This document shows, piece after piece, positions 10,723 to 20,522 of a DNA stretch of 64,000 bases. The stretch spans positions 480,001 through 544,000 of the forward strand of contig CAVQJC010000020.1 of the NCBI GenBank assembly GCA_963712745.1, in the 5' to 3' direction. A model generated the notes under the pieces. It worked only from the letters and a program-made list of their open reading frames with translations. It was not told the DNA's origin and searched no databases. A program made the position numbers and the translations under genes. How positions within the stretch are numbered: the first letter of the stretch is position 1; every line of letters begins with the position of its first letter. This DNA is from an uncultured Chloroflexia bacterium (GTDB taxonomy: Bacteria > Chloroflexota > Limnocylindria > Limnocylindrales > CSP1-4).

Positions 10723-11988
10723 GTGCCGTCCACCGATCTCGCCCGTCGTGCTGTCATCACCGGTCTCGGTGCGGTCACGCCCATCGGCAATGACCATCCC
10801 ACCTTCTGGGCCAATGCCAAGGCGGGCAAGAGCGGGGGCGGACCGATCACGCACTTCGACGCCTCCGACCTGGACGTGCGCATCGCGGCAGAAGTGAAGG
10901 ACTTCGACCCGTCCACGGGCATGGACCGCAAGATGGCCCGCCGCATGAGCCGCTTCATCCACTTCGCCATGGCCGCCGGCAAGGAGGCCGTGGCCGACGC
11001 CGGACTCGATTTCACTGACTGGACGCCAGAGCAGCGAGACCGAGTGGCGGTCATCGTCAACACCGGCGGCGGCGGCCTCGAACAGGTCATCGACGGCCAA
11101 GACACCCTCAGCCAGCGTGGGGCGCGCTTCGTCAGCCCTTTCGCCATCCCGGCGCTGTCCGGCTCGATGGCCGCCTGCCTGTTGTCGATGGAGTACGGGC
11201 TCACCGGCCCGGTGCAGACCCAGGTGGCGGCCTGCGCCTCGAGCGTCATCACCTTCCTCGACGCTCTGCGCATGATCGAGCGCGGCGAGGTCGACGTCAT
11301 CGTGGCTGGCGGCACTGAGGCGCCGCTGCTGAAGATGGGCTTCGCGGCCCTGTCCAACATGGGTGCGCTGTCCAAGCGCAACGACGATCCCGAAGCGGCC
11401 TCGCGACCCTTCGACAAGGAGCGGGACGGATTCCTCTTCGGCGAGGGCGGCGCCATCTTCATCATCGAGACGGCCGAGCACGCCCTCGCCCGGGGCGCCA
11501 CCATCCAGGCCGAGCTGCTGGGTGCTGCCCTGACCGCGGATGCGTTCCACATCTCGGCGCCGGAGCCGACGGGGCGCGGGGCAGCGATGGCCATGAAGAA
11601 GGCCATCATGGACGCAGACATCAGCACCGACGAAGTCGACTTCGTGGTGGCCCACGGTACGTCGACGCCGCTCAACGACGTGACCGAGACCAGGGCCATC
11701 AAGGCGGCGCTCGGCGACCACGCCTACAGGGTTGCCATCTCGTCACCCAAGTCGATGGTCGGCCACCTCCTGGGTGGTGCGGGCGCGGTGGCCGCAGCGG
11801 TCGCCATCGGCGCCATCCGCGAGGGCATCATCGCACCCACCATCAACTACCACACACCCGACCCGGAGTGCGATCTCGACTACGTGCCCAATGTGGCCCG
11901 CGAGGCCAAGGTCGACACGGCCATCGTCAACGGCTTCGGCTTCGGGGGGCAGAACGCGGTCGCCGTCTTCCGTCGGTTCCAGGAGTAG
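10723..11988 (+). CDS. fabF: Beta-ketoacyl-ACP synthase II (copy 2)
   Basis: AACASS, HGTSTPLND, KSMVGH, NGFGFGGQN. Confidence 0.93.
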   Translation: MPSTDLARRAVITGLGAVTPIGNDHPTFWANAKAGKSGGGPITHFDASDLDVRIAAEVKDFDPSTGMDRKMARRMSRFIHFAMAAGKEAVADAGLDFTDWTPEQRDRVAVIVNTGGGGLEQVIDGQDTLSQRGARFVSPFAIPALSGSMAACLLSMEYGLTGPVQTQVAACASSVITFLDALRMIERGEVDVIVAGGTEAPLLKMGFAALSNMGALSKRNDDPEAASRPFDKERDGFLFGEGGAIFIIETAEHALARGATIQAELLGAALTADAFHISAPEPTGRGAAMAMKKAIMDADISTDEVDFVVAHGTSTPLNDVTETRAIKAALGDHAYRVAISSPKSMVGHLLGGAGAVAAAVAIGAIREGIIAPTINYHTPDPECDLDYVPNVAREAKVDTAIVNGFGFGGQNAVAVFRRFQE

Positions 11989-12026
11989 GGCGAAGGATCG
12001 GAGGTCTGAGCCGGTCGCCGATGAGG

Positions 12027-12512
12027 CTACTCCCCGGCGGGGCGAGGCGGCAGCTCTCGGCCCTCGAAGGCGGTCAGGTCCTCCACGAGGCCGGCTGGTG
12101 TCCGCATGGGCCGACCCCGCACGAGGTCGTAGAACACCTGCACGCTGGACCCGTCGGCCACGACACGGGCCGCTCCGATCGGCGAGTCCCCCACCTCCAC
12201 CCGGTATTCGAGGCCGAATGCCGAACGACTCGCCCAGCCCACGCGCACGGCGCAGAAGAGCGGCTCGCCGTAGAAGGCCGGTTGGCGGTAGCTGATGTGA
12301 GCCTCGGCGATGACGAACGTGCGCTTGTCGGCGTCGGGCCCAGTGCCGAACGGGTGACCCACGACGGCGGTGTAGTAGCCACCTCGCGCCATCTCGAAGT
12401 ACGAGAAGTAGACCGCGTTGTTGACATGACCGAGCGCGTCGGTGTCGTTGTAGCGGATCTCGATGGGGTGGCGATAGCGGAAGTCGCCCTCGGGCGGTCG
12501 TGAACGGGTCAT
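12027..12512 (-). CDS. Acyl-CoA thioesterase (4HBT/YbgC hot-dog fold)
   Basis: DTDALGHVNNAVYFSYFEMAR motif. Confidence 0.88.
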   Translation of the reverse strand: MTRSRPPEGDFRYRHPIEIRYNDTDALGHVNNAVYFSYFEMARGGYYTAVVGHPFGTGPDADKRTFVIAEAHISYRQPAFYGEPLFCAVRVGWASRSAFGLEYRVEVGDSPIGAARVVADGSSVQVFYDLVRGRPMRTPAGLVEDLTAFEGRELPPRPAGE

Positions 12513-12585
12513 GCCCGGATGCTAGCGAGGCCAGGCGCTGCCTGCCGGTCGGCAGAGGTCGCGCAGGTGCCGTACCGTTGCCGCG

Positions 12586-13416
12586 ATGTCCAAGACGACC
12601 GCTGAGCCGAGCCTTCCCGCGCCCCCTGCCACCGGGCCGGTGCACCCCATGGAGCCGCCCGAGCGGGGACCCGAGCAGACCTCCTCGACCTCCATCGAGC
12701 GCGGCCGGCCGAGCTATTCCTGGCGCTACGGCCAGGACCGTCGCCTGGAGATGGTGCGCGAATTCGTCGATCTCACGGACGCCCGCATCCTCGACGTGGG
12801 CTGCGGCATCGGCACCTACGTCCGCCGCTTCCGGCAGTACTCCGACGATGTCCACGGCATCGAGGTCGAGGAGGAGCGCGTGGCTGAGGCCAGCGCGGAG
12901 CTGCCCAACATCGTGCACGCCTTCGGAGAGGACCTGCCCTACCCTGACGACCACTTCGACCTCGTCTTCTCGAACGAGGTCATCGAGCACGTCGAGGATG
13001 ACCGACGCACGGCTGCCGAGATGGTGAGGGTGACCAAGCCTGGCGGCGTCATCGTGGCCTTCGCGCCCAATCGTCTGTATCCCTTCGAAACGCATGGCGC
13101 CTACTTCGGCGATCGCTACGTCTTCGGCAACATCCCGCTCGTCAACTGGCTGCCTGACCCGCTGCGCGACCGCTTCGCCCCGCACGTCCGCGCCTACACC
13201 ATGCGCAGCATCGAGCGCCTCTTCGCAGGCCAGCCGGTGCGGCTGGTGCACCACCGCGTGGTCTATCCCGGGTTCGACAACATCAGCGCCCGCCACGCCC
13301 AGCTCGGCGGCGGACTGCGACGGGCGCTCTACCTCGCCGAACACACGCCCCTGCATCGCTTCGGGCTATCGCACCTCCTGGTGCTGCGCAAGAAGACCAG
13401 GCTGGCTGGGGACTGA
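12586..13416 (+). CDS. Class I SAM-dependent methyltransferase
   Basis: ILDVGCGIG motif I, FDLVFSNEVIEHV, KPGG. Confidence 0.88.
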   Translation: MSKTTAEPSLPAPPATGPVHPMEPPERGPEQTSSTSIERGRPSYSWRYGQDRRLEMVREFVDLTDARILDVGCGIGTYVRRFRQYSDDVHGIEVEEERVAEASAELPNIVHAFGEDLPYPDDHFDLVFSNEVIEHVEDDRRTAAEMVRVTKPGGVIVAFAPNRLYPFETHGAYFGDRYVFGNIPLVNWLPDPLRDRFAPHVRAYTMRSIERLFAGQPVRLVHHRVVYPGFDNISARHAQLGGGLRRALYLAEHTPLHRFGLSHLLVLRKKTRLAGD

Positions 13417-13470
13417 GGCCGGCCGGGTCAGGGCGTGGGCCGGACAGGCCGCCGTCGGGCCGGCACCGGA

Positions 13471-15150
13471 TCAGAGGTCGGCCGGGGTCTGCGTCGCGAC
13501 CGGGTCGATGACGTGCGCCTCGATGACGACCGGCGCCGACCAGTTGCCCGCGAGGTCACGCCACTGCACGTGGATCGATCGCGGCCCTTCAGCGGATGAG
13601 CCGCCGGTGCTCTCGTCGCCCAGTGGGAAGTCGACACGGTCCACCGCGGGGTAGGTGCGGCCGGTCACGAGCATGCCGTCTTCATCGAGAGCACCGTCGA
13701 GACCGATGCGCGTGAACAGCAGGCCCGTGCCCTCGGGATCATCGGCCGCGAACAGGCGGAGCTGGGCCGAGCCGGATACTACCGAACGCCCGTCGATGTC
13801 CCCCTGGACCGTGTCGGGATCGAGCGCTGGCGAGCCATTCGGCGGCGCTTCGTCGAGGCGCGGGCGGAGCTGGTTCTGCAGCGCCCAGCCCATCTCCTCG
13901 CGATCCCCGTCCATGCCCAGGGCCCAGACGCCGACACCGGCCAGGCCCGAATCGAGGGCCAGCTCCATCTTGGCCGTGAAGGTATCCGGATCCTCGTACC
14001 AGACCTGTCGCCAGGTCGGCGGGCATGACGAACACTGGCTGGTCGCGTAGACAGTCCAGGCCGCTGCCTGTGCCGGGTCGTACTGGCGGCCAGACGCGGC
14101 GGCGGCGGCCAGGGCCGCGGGGTAGTCCACGCTGGCCGGCCCGTCGATGCCCTTGCCGCCGCGGACCTCCGAGCCCGGGGCATCGGACTTGGTCGACCAG
14201 GCCAGGCCGTACCACGGCAGTGCCAGCAGCAGGTCCTCGCCGGCAGCCTGTTCGAGCGCCCCTGCGACGGTGCGGCTGAGATCGAGCGGCGCGTCTTCCA
14301 GCGGAGCGGCAGAGCCGGTCGACGCTGAGGCGGTGGTGTGATAGCCGTAGCCCATGATGACCGCGAGGTCGGCCGCGCCCTCCGCGGTCAGGCCAGCGAG
14401 GTCGTAGTTCTCCAGGCTGGGTACGACATCCACGCTCAGGTGCAGGTCCGGATCGACCTTGTCGAGCGCCGCCCGAACCTCGCGTACGAAGGTCACGTAC
14501 TGCTCGGCGACCTGCTTGGGCAGCGGTTCGAAGTCGAGGTTCACACCGTCCAGGCCGCGTCCCTCGACGAAGGCCGCGATGCGGTCGGCCAGCGCTCGGC
14601 GGTTCTTGCGGTTGGTCAGGAGCGTGATCATCCGTTCACGGGTGCCGTCGGTCCAGGCGGTGCGCTGGACGACCGGTACGACCTTCACGCCCGCGGCCTG
14701 CAAGCGGGTCCTGAGCTCGTCGAAGACCGGACTGCGTATCAGGCGCCAGCCCGGCGGTACCTCGCCGCCGGGCTTCTTCGCCACGAGCCTGCCGTCCTGC
14801 GAGGCCTCGATGCTGTGGAACGCGGCGATGGTCAGCGACCCGGTGTCGATCGAGTCGGCCGCGCTCTCGAGCAGCCAGTGTGGGATGAACCCCAGGACCT
14901 CCGCCTCGACCGGCTGGGGCGTGGGCGGGGGTGTGGGGGTCGGGGTCGGCGAGGCCAGCGGCGGCTCGGTAGGCGAGGCGTCAGCACCGGGCGACGATGC
15001 CGCGCTCGGCGGGGCCGGGGTCTCGAGCAGATCGCTCTCGACGGTGATGCAGGCGCTCGCCACGAGCGGCAGCATCAGCAGCAGGAGCCAGGCCACGGCG
15101 AGATGACGGCTCGGCTTCGTCCGTCGGCGGTCGATCAGCACAGCGAGCAC
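13471..15150 (-). CDS. GH18-family glycoside hydrolase, probable lipoprotein with Pro/Thr linker
   Basis: DGVNLDFE catalytic motif, MGY, LPWYG and GVGVWALG; hydrophobic signal ending in VASA-C; PTPT linker. Confidence 0.8.
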   Translation of the reverse strand: MLAVLIDRRRTKPSRHLAVAWLLLLMLPLVASACITVESDLLETPAPPSAASSPGADASPTEPPLASPTPTPTPPPTPQPVEAEVLGFIPHWLLESAADSIDTGSLTIAAFHSIEASQDGRLVAKKPGGEVPPGWRLIRSPVFDELRTRLQAAGVKVVPVVQRTAWTDGTRERMITLLTNRKNRRALADRIAAFVEGRGLDGVNLDFEPLPKQVAEQYVTFVREVRAALDKVDPDLHLSVDVVPSLENYDLAGLTAEGAADLAVIMGYGYHTTASASTGSAAPLEDAPLDLSRTVAGALEQAAGEDLLLALPWYGLAWSTKSDAPGSEVRGGKGIDGPASVDYPAALAAAAASGRQYDPAQAAAWTVYATSQCSSCPPTWRQVWYEDPDTFTAKMELALDSGLAGVGVWALGMDGDREEMGWALQNQLRPRLDEAPPNGSPALDPDTVQGDIDGRSVVSGSAQLRLFAADDPEGTGLLFTRIGLDGALDEDGMLVTGRTYPAVDRVDFPLGDESTGGSSAEGPRSIHVQWRDLAGNWSAPVVIEAHVIDPVATQTPADL

Positions 15151-15151
15151 C

Positions 15152-17431
15152 CTACCAAGGATCGGCGCGGCCGGGTTGCACCGTGGTACGCCGGAGCCGA
15201 AGGGAGTTGAGGACGACGCTCACGGAGCTGAAGGCCATGGCCGCGGCGGCGAGGATGGGGTCCAGCCGCAGGCCGAAGAACGGATAGAGCAGACCCATGG
15301 CCACGGGGATGAGCACCACGTTGTAGCCGAAGGCCCAGACGAGGTTCTGGCGGATGACCCGCAGCGTGGCGCGTGAGACACGGATGGCCGAGCCGACCAG
15401 GCGTGGATCGCCACCCACGAGGGTGATATCGCTGGCTTCGATGGCCACGTCCGTGCCGGTGCCGATGGCGATGCCGACATCCGCCTGCGCCAGAGCGGGT
15501 GCGTCGTTGATGCCATCGCCGACCATGGCCACCGTGCGGCCGGCAGCCTGCAGCGCAGCCACGCGGGCGGCCTTGTCGGCAGGCAGCACCTCTGCGCTGA
15601 CCTGATCGATCCCGACCGCTTCGGCCACGGCGGCTACCGCAGCAGCGCTGTCTCCGCTCAGAAGGTGGACCTCGATACCGGCCTCGCGCAGCTCGCGGAC
15701 CGCCGGCGCGGCGGAAGGCTTGATGGCGTCGGCCAGATCGATGGCCCCGGCCAGCTCGGGGCCATCCGCCACATAGACCGTGGTGTGGGGCGTGTCGGCT
15801 GCAGCCCGCAGCCCGTCGAGGGCAGCCGCGGTGAACCCCTCCTCCAGCAGAAAAGCCCGGCTACCGACGAGCAGGGAACGGCCGTCGATGCGGGCGCGTA
15901 CCCCCCGGCCCGGAACGGCGCCGAAGTCGGCGACGGGCGTGACGGCCACTCCCCGGCGGTCGGCCTCGGCCACGATGGCGGCAGACAGCGGGTGCTCGGA
16001 GGGCCGTTCGGCAGAGGCCGCCAGGCCCAGGACCTGGGCCGCCTCGAGGCCGCTGCGCGCCCGCACGGCACTGACCTGCGGCCGGCCCTCGGTGAGCGTA
16101 CCGGTCTTGTCGAAGACGACCGTGTCGATGCCGCCGGCGAGCTCGAGCGCTGCCCCGCCGCGGATGAGCACGCCGGCTTCCGCGGCACGCCCGGTGCCGA
16201 CCATCACCGCCGTGGGCGTGGCCAGGCCCATGGCGCAGGGGCAGGCGATGATGAGCACGCTGATGGCCGACACCAGCGCGAGCGTCAGCGCCGGCTCCGG
16301 GCCCAGGAGCCACCAGGAGATGAACGTGAGCGCGGCCAGCACGATGACGAGCGGCACGAACCACTCGGTCACGCGGTCCGCCACGCGCTGGATCGGTGCC
16401 TTCGAGCCCTGGGCCTCACGCACCATGCGCACGATCTGGCCGAGCACCGCATCGCGGCCGACGTGGGTCGCCCGCAGCACGATGGTGCCGTCGCTGTTGA
16501 GGGTGGCCCCGATCACCGGGTCGCCCTCTTCACGCAGCACGGGCAACGGCTCACCGGTGAGCATCGATTCATCGACGCTGGAACTGCCGGCCACCACGAT
16601 GCCGTCGACCGGCACCTTCTCACCGGGTCGGACGCGCACGAGATCGCCAGGGTGGATGTCCTCGATGGGCACGTCGGTCTCGGACTCCCCGTCCACGCGG
16701 CGGGCCGTGCGGGCGCCCAGGCCGACCAGGGCGCCGACTGCGCTACTGGCCTGGGCCTTCGCTCGCGCCTCCATCCAGCGACCCACCAGGATGAGGCCGA
16801 TGATCATGGCCGAGGAGTCGAAGTAGGTGACCGGCTCGATGCCGGCCTCGATGACGAGGGCCGGAGCGAGGGTGACCACGACGCTGTAGCCCCAGGCCGC
16901 GAGTGTGCCCAGGGCCACCAGCGTGTCCATCGAGACCGTTCGGTGTCGCGCCTGCCGCCGGGCGTTTCGCAGGAAGACCCCGCCGGCCCAGAACTGCACG
17001 AATGTGGCCGGGATGAGAAGCAGCCAGTTGAGTTCGGCCATGGTCATGCCCAGGGCATCGGGCCACAGCATCAGGGCCATGATGCCGAGGGCCACAGCCA
17101 GCGAGACCAGCGCGCGCACGCCCAGGTCGCGCATCTCACGGGCACGTGCCCCGGCGTCGGGATCGGCCTCGTCCAGGGTCAGCTCGGCACTCTCACCTGC
17201 GCCGCGCTCGGGGCGCACGTCATAGCCGGCCGCCTCGATAGCAGCGACCACCTCCGCCCGGCCAGCCAGGGCAGGGTCAACGGCCACGGTGGCGCGCTCG
17301 GTGGCCAGGTTGACGTTGGCCTCGCGTATGCCGTCGGCGTCGCGGAGGAAGCGCTCGATGCGGTTGACGCATGAGGCGCAGGTCATGCCCTCGACTCCGA
17401 CCGAGAACTCGATGGGCTCGGGTGCCGTCAT
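15152..17431 (-). CDS. copA: Cu(I)-translocating P1B-type ATPase
   Basis: GMTCASC HMA domain, [25 protein letters not shown] and MAFSS motifs. Confidence 0.93.
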   Translation of the reverse strand: MTAPEPIEFSVGVEGMTCASCVNRIERFLRDADGIREANVNLATERATVAVDPALAGRAEVVAAIEAAGYDVRPERGAGESAELTLDEADPDAGARAREMRDLGVRALVSLAVALGIMALMLWPDALGMTMAELNWLLLIPATFVQFWAGGVFLRNARRQARHRTVSMDTLVALGTLAAWGYSVVVTLAPALVIEAGIEPVTYFDSSAMIIGLILVGRWMEARAKAQASSAVGALVGLGARTARRVDGESETDVPIEDIHPGDLVRVRPGEKVPVDGIVVAGSSSVDESMLTGEPLPVLREEGDPVIGATLNSDGTIVLRATHVGRDAVLGQIVRMVREAQGSKAPIQRVADRVTEWFVPLVIVLAALTFISWWLLGPEPALTLALVSAISVLIIACPCAMGLATPTAVMVGTGRAAEAGVLIRGGAALELAGGIDTVVFDKTGTLTEGRPQVSAVRARSGLEAAQVLGLAASAERPSEHPLSAAIVAEADRRGVAVTPVADFGAVPGRGVRARIDGRSLLVGSRAFLLEEGFTAAALDGLRAAADTPHTTVYVADGPELAGAIDLADAIKPSAAPAVRELREAGIEVHLLSGDSAAAVAAVAEAVGIDQVSAEVLPADKAARVAALQAAGRTVAMVGDGINDAPALAQADVGIAIGTGTDVAIEASDITLVGGDPRLVGSAIRVSRATLRVIRQNLVWAFGYNVVLIPVAMGLLYPFFGLRLDPILAAAAMAFSSVSVVLNSLRLRRTTVQPGRADPW

Positions 17432-17448
17432 GGGAAACGGCGCTGGGC

Positions 17449-17769
17449 CTAGCGGCCGACCGGTCTGATGGCGTAGACGCCGATGACCATGTCCACGCAG
17501 GGGTCATGGCACAGCTCGAGACCGACCTCGCCCTTGTCCACGAGTTCGGCCAGGAAGCCGCACTCGCGCTGCGGCAGACCCGCCCAGTAGCGTCCTTCGC
17601 GCGTGTCCACGGCGAGCACATCATCAGCCTCGCCGTTGATGGCGAAGCGCCGCCGCAGTTCGTGCATGGGGACGTAGGCCCGTGACTTGATGAAGCGCCG
17701 CAATTGCGCCTGCGTGCAGCCCTGACTGGGGGTCGAACCGTCGTAGCGGCTGCCGTTGTTGTCAGCCAT
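17449..17769 (-). CDS. Small hypothetical protein with Cys/His residues, upstream of copA
   Basis: 106-aa ORF with protein-like composition, 17 bp from the copA start on the same strand. Confidence 0.7.
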   Translation of the reverse strand: MADNNGSRYDGSTPSQGCTQAQLRRFIKSRAYVPMHELRRRFAINGEADDVLAVDTREGRYWAGLPQRECGFLAELVDKGEVGLELCHDPCVDMVIGVYAIRPVGR

Positions 17770-17948
17770 GTATCCGTCTTTCTCGCGAGCGCCGCCTTGC
17801 CGGCCTCACGGTCGGCGCCAGCGGCGCCGGTCACTCGTCATCGTCCTGAAGGGCTCGTCAAATCGTGCGACGTCCCGGTCGGCGGATGATACACCCGGTC
17901 CCGGGGCGAGCCCCTTGTGCCACCATGGCGGGCGGTGCGTCTGTGCCG

Positions 17949-19094
17949 TCAGCGCCCGGACACGACGAGCAGCTCGCGCGGCAGCCGGTTGAGCGTCTCA
18001 GCCCCGCGTGGTGTGCACAACACGGCGTCCTCGATGCGCACGCCGAAGCGACCCTCGAGGTAGATGCCGGGCTCACAGCTGAACGTGTTCCCCACCACCA
18101 CAGCCTCGGTATTGCCGGCCACCAGGTACGGCTCCTCGTGCACCTCCAGGCCCAGCCCGTGCCCGAGCCGGTGGATGAAGTGGTCGCCGTAGCCGCCGGC
18201 GACGATGAGGTCGCGAGCGACGGCGTCGAGAGCCTCGAAGGTGATGCCGGGGCGAACGGCGGCGCGTGCCGCCGCCTGGGCGTCCGCGGTGAGCTGGTAG
18301 ATGGTCGCGAAGGCCTCCTCGGGAGCGGAGCCATCGTCGGCCGCGACCCAGACGGTGCGCGTGATATCCGAGTGGTAGCCTGCGCGGCGTCCACCGACAT
18401 CGAGCAGCAGGGGCTCGCCGGCGCCGATGACCCGTTGACCGGGCTCGTGATGAGGGGAGGCGCTGTTGGGCCCAGAAGCCACGATCGCGAACTCGGCCGT
18501 ATCGTGACCTTCCGCCACGAGCGCGTCACGCACGTCGCGGGCGACCTCGGCCTCGGTACGCCCCACCAGTGGTCCCGCGATGACACGTTCGACGGCGCGG
18601 TCGGCAGCCGCCGCGGCGGCACGCAGGAGTGCCACCTCGTCGGCGTCCTTGACCCTCCTCAACGGCGCCAACACCGACGAGGCCAGGCCCCAGGATGCCC
18701 CGGGCAGGGCGTCCTGCAGCGCGAGCACGAAGGCCGCTCGCAGGCCATCGGAGACCAGGAACCGGCGCTCGCCGCCAGTCGGCACCAGCGGTGGCAGGAG
18801 CGCGAACGGATCGTCCGTCTCATCCCAGACCCGCAGGTCGACGCCGTCCCGCCCGAGCCCGGGGCTGGCCAGTGCGGCCGGCGCCTCCAGTCGGGGGCTG
18901 AGGTACGAGATCGGACCGCGCGCAGGGAGGACCAGCAGGTTCAGACGTTCGCCGCCGTGGGCGGCGTAGCCGGTGAGCCATTCCAGCTCGGGCCCGACGC
19001 CCACGAGCAGGGCCGTGGCCGATGACGAAGCCAGCGACTCCTGTGACGTCTTCAGGCGGGCGGGATAGCGCTCGGCGCTGATGGCCCCGCTCAC
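17949..19094 (-). CDS. Xaa-Pro aminopeptidase/dipeptidase (M24)
   Basis: SGPNSASPHH, DVGG..YHSDITRT, HRLGHGLGLEVHE, EPGIY, RIED. Confidence 0.92.
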   Translation of the reverse strand: MSGAISAERYPARLKTSQESLASSSATALLVGVGPELEWLTGYAAHGGERLNLLVLPARGPISYLSPRLEAPAALASPGLGRDGVDLRVWDETDDPFALLPPLVPTGGERRFLVSDGLRAAFVLALQDALPGASWGLASSVLAPLRRVKDADEVALLRAAAAAADRAVERVIAGPLVGRTEAEVARDVRDALVAEGHDTAEFAIVASGPNSASPHHEPGQRVIGAGEPLLLDVGGRRAGYHSDITRTVWVAADDGSAPEEAFATIYQLTADAQAAARAAVRPGITFEALDAVARDLIVAGGYGDHFIHRLGHGLGLEVHEEPYLVAGNTEAVVVGNTFSCEPGIYLEGRFGVRIEDAVLCTPRGAETLNRLPRELLVVSGR

Positions 19095-19095
19095 G

Positions 19096-19473
19096 TCAGC
19101 GCTCGACGGCGTTGGCGGCCAGCCAGCCCTCTACCAGACGGGTGCCGTCCTCGAAGAACTTGCGGTACGAGAAGACGCGCGTGGCGCCGGCCTTGAGCGC
19201 GCGCTTGCGCGTCAGCTGGTCGTCGTGCTCGGCCAACGCGATGACCGGCAGGCGCGCCGCAGCCACGCGTTCGATGGCGACCACGCCGTCGAGTCGACGG
19301 GCAGCCAGGTCGACGATGGCCCCAGTGATGGTGCGCTCATCGCCGAGCTGGTAGGCCTCCAGGGCTACGTCCAGCTCCGCGTCCGAGGCCAGCGAGACGG
19401 CAGAGCCGCCCGCGCGACGGACGGCCTCGTTGATGCGCGTGGACCACATCAGGTCGTCGGCGATGACGACCAC
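19096..19473 (-). CDS. Stand-alone atypical receiver (CheY-like) domain protein
   Basis: VIADD at beta1, IVDL at beta3, ALKAGATRV; lies between korB and the peptidase in one operon; start uncertain. Confidence 0.65.
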   Translation of the reverse strand: MVVIADDLMWSTRINEAVRRAGGSAVSLASDAELDVALEAYQLGDERTITGAIVDLAARRLDGVVAIERVAAARLPVIALAEHDDQLTRKRALKAGATRVFSYRKFFEDGTRLVEGWLAANAVER

Positions 19474-19481
19474 GGCAGCGG

Positions 19482-20522
19482 TCAGGAGGCCTCCCAGGTG
19501 TCGGAGGTGAAGAGCAGGTCGCGCAGCACACCCTCGCCCTTGTCGGCACGGACGAGCTCGATCTGTCCGGCCACGAGCTGGTGATGGGTGGGCCGCTTGA
19601 CGCGGCGGAAGATGCCGATGGGCACCGGGTAGTCGGGCCAGAACATGCGGCTGAGGATGAACGCGAGCGTGTCGTCGGTCTCGTCGTGGACGAGCAGGTC
19701 CGACTCGGTGATGCCATCGCCCAGCTGCACGACCTCCGGCCGGGTTCCGTCGAGCCGGATGCCGCGGTCACGGTCCTTGCCGAAGATCATCGGCTCGCCG
19801 TGGCGGAGCCTGAGCGTACGGTCCTCGCGCACATCGCGGTCGGTGAAGTCGCGCCAGGCGCCGTCGTTGAAGATGTTGCAGTTCTGGAGGACCTCGAGGA
19901 ATGCGCTGCCCTTGTGCCGGCCGGTCGCCTCGAGCATCTCGCCGATGTGCTCGCCGTAGGTGTCGATGGTGCGAGCCACGAAGGTAGCCTCGGCCGCCAG
20001 CGCCAGGGTCGGCGGCACGACTGGCTGGTCGATGGTGCCCTCGGGCGTGGACTTGGTGCGCTTTCCGAACTCGCTGGTGGGGCTGGCCTGGCCCTTGGTC
20101 AGGCCGTAGATGCGGTTGTTGTACATCACGACCTTGACGTCCGTGTTGCGCCGCATCGTATGCACGATGTGGTTGCCCCCGATGGAGAGCGCATCGCCGT
20201 CACCGGTGATGACCCACACCATCAGGTCCGGTCGGGCGATCTTGAGCCCGGTGGCCAGGGTCGGGGCCCGGCCGTGGATGGAGTGGAAGCCGTAGGTGTT
20301 CATGTAGTAGGGCGTGCGGCCGGAACAGCCGATGCCGCTGATGAAGACGATGTTCTCGCGCGGGTAGCCGAACTCGGGCATGACGCGCTGGGTCTGGGCC
20401 AGGATGGAGTAGTCGCCGCAGCCGGGGCACCAGCGCACCTCCTGGTCGGAGGCGAAGTCCTTCTTGGTGAGCTTGAGCGGCGCGGTGGTGGTGGCAGGGC
20501 CGGTGGGGTCGGTCATGGTCAT
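19482..20522 (-). CDS. korB: 2-oxoacid:ferredoxin oxidoreductase beta subunit
   Basis: WCPGCGD, SGIGCS, TGDGDALSIGGNH TPP motif, YGLTKGQASPT. Confidence 0.93.
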   Translation of the reverse strand: MTMTDPTGPATTTAPLKLTKKDFASDQEVRWCPGCGDYSILAQTQRVMPEFGYPRENIVFISGIGCSGRTPYYMNTYGFHSIHGRAPTLATGLKIARPDLMVWVITGDGDALSIGGNHIVHTMRRNTDVKVVMYNNRIYGLTKGQASPTSEFGKRTKSTPEGTIDQPVVPPTLALAAEATFVARTIDTYGEHIGEMLEATGRHKGSAFLEVLQNCNIFNDGAWRDFTDRDVREDRTLRLRHGEPMIFGKDRDRGIRLDGTRPEVVQLGDGITESDLLVHDETDDTLAFILSRMFWPDYPVPIGIFRRVKRPTHHQLVAGQIELVRADKGEGVLRDLLFTSDTWEAS

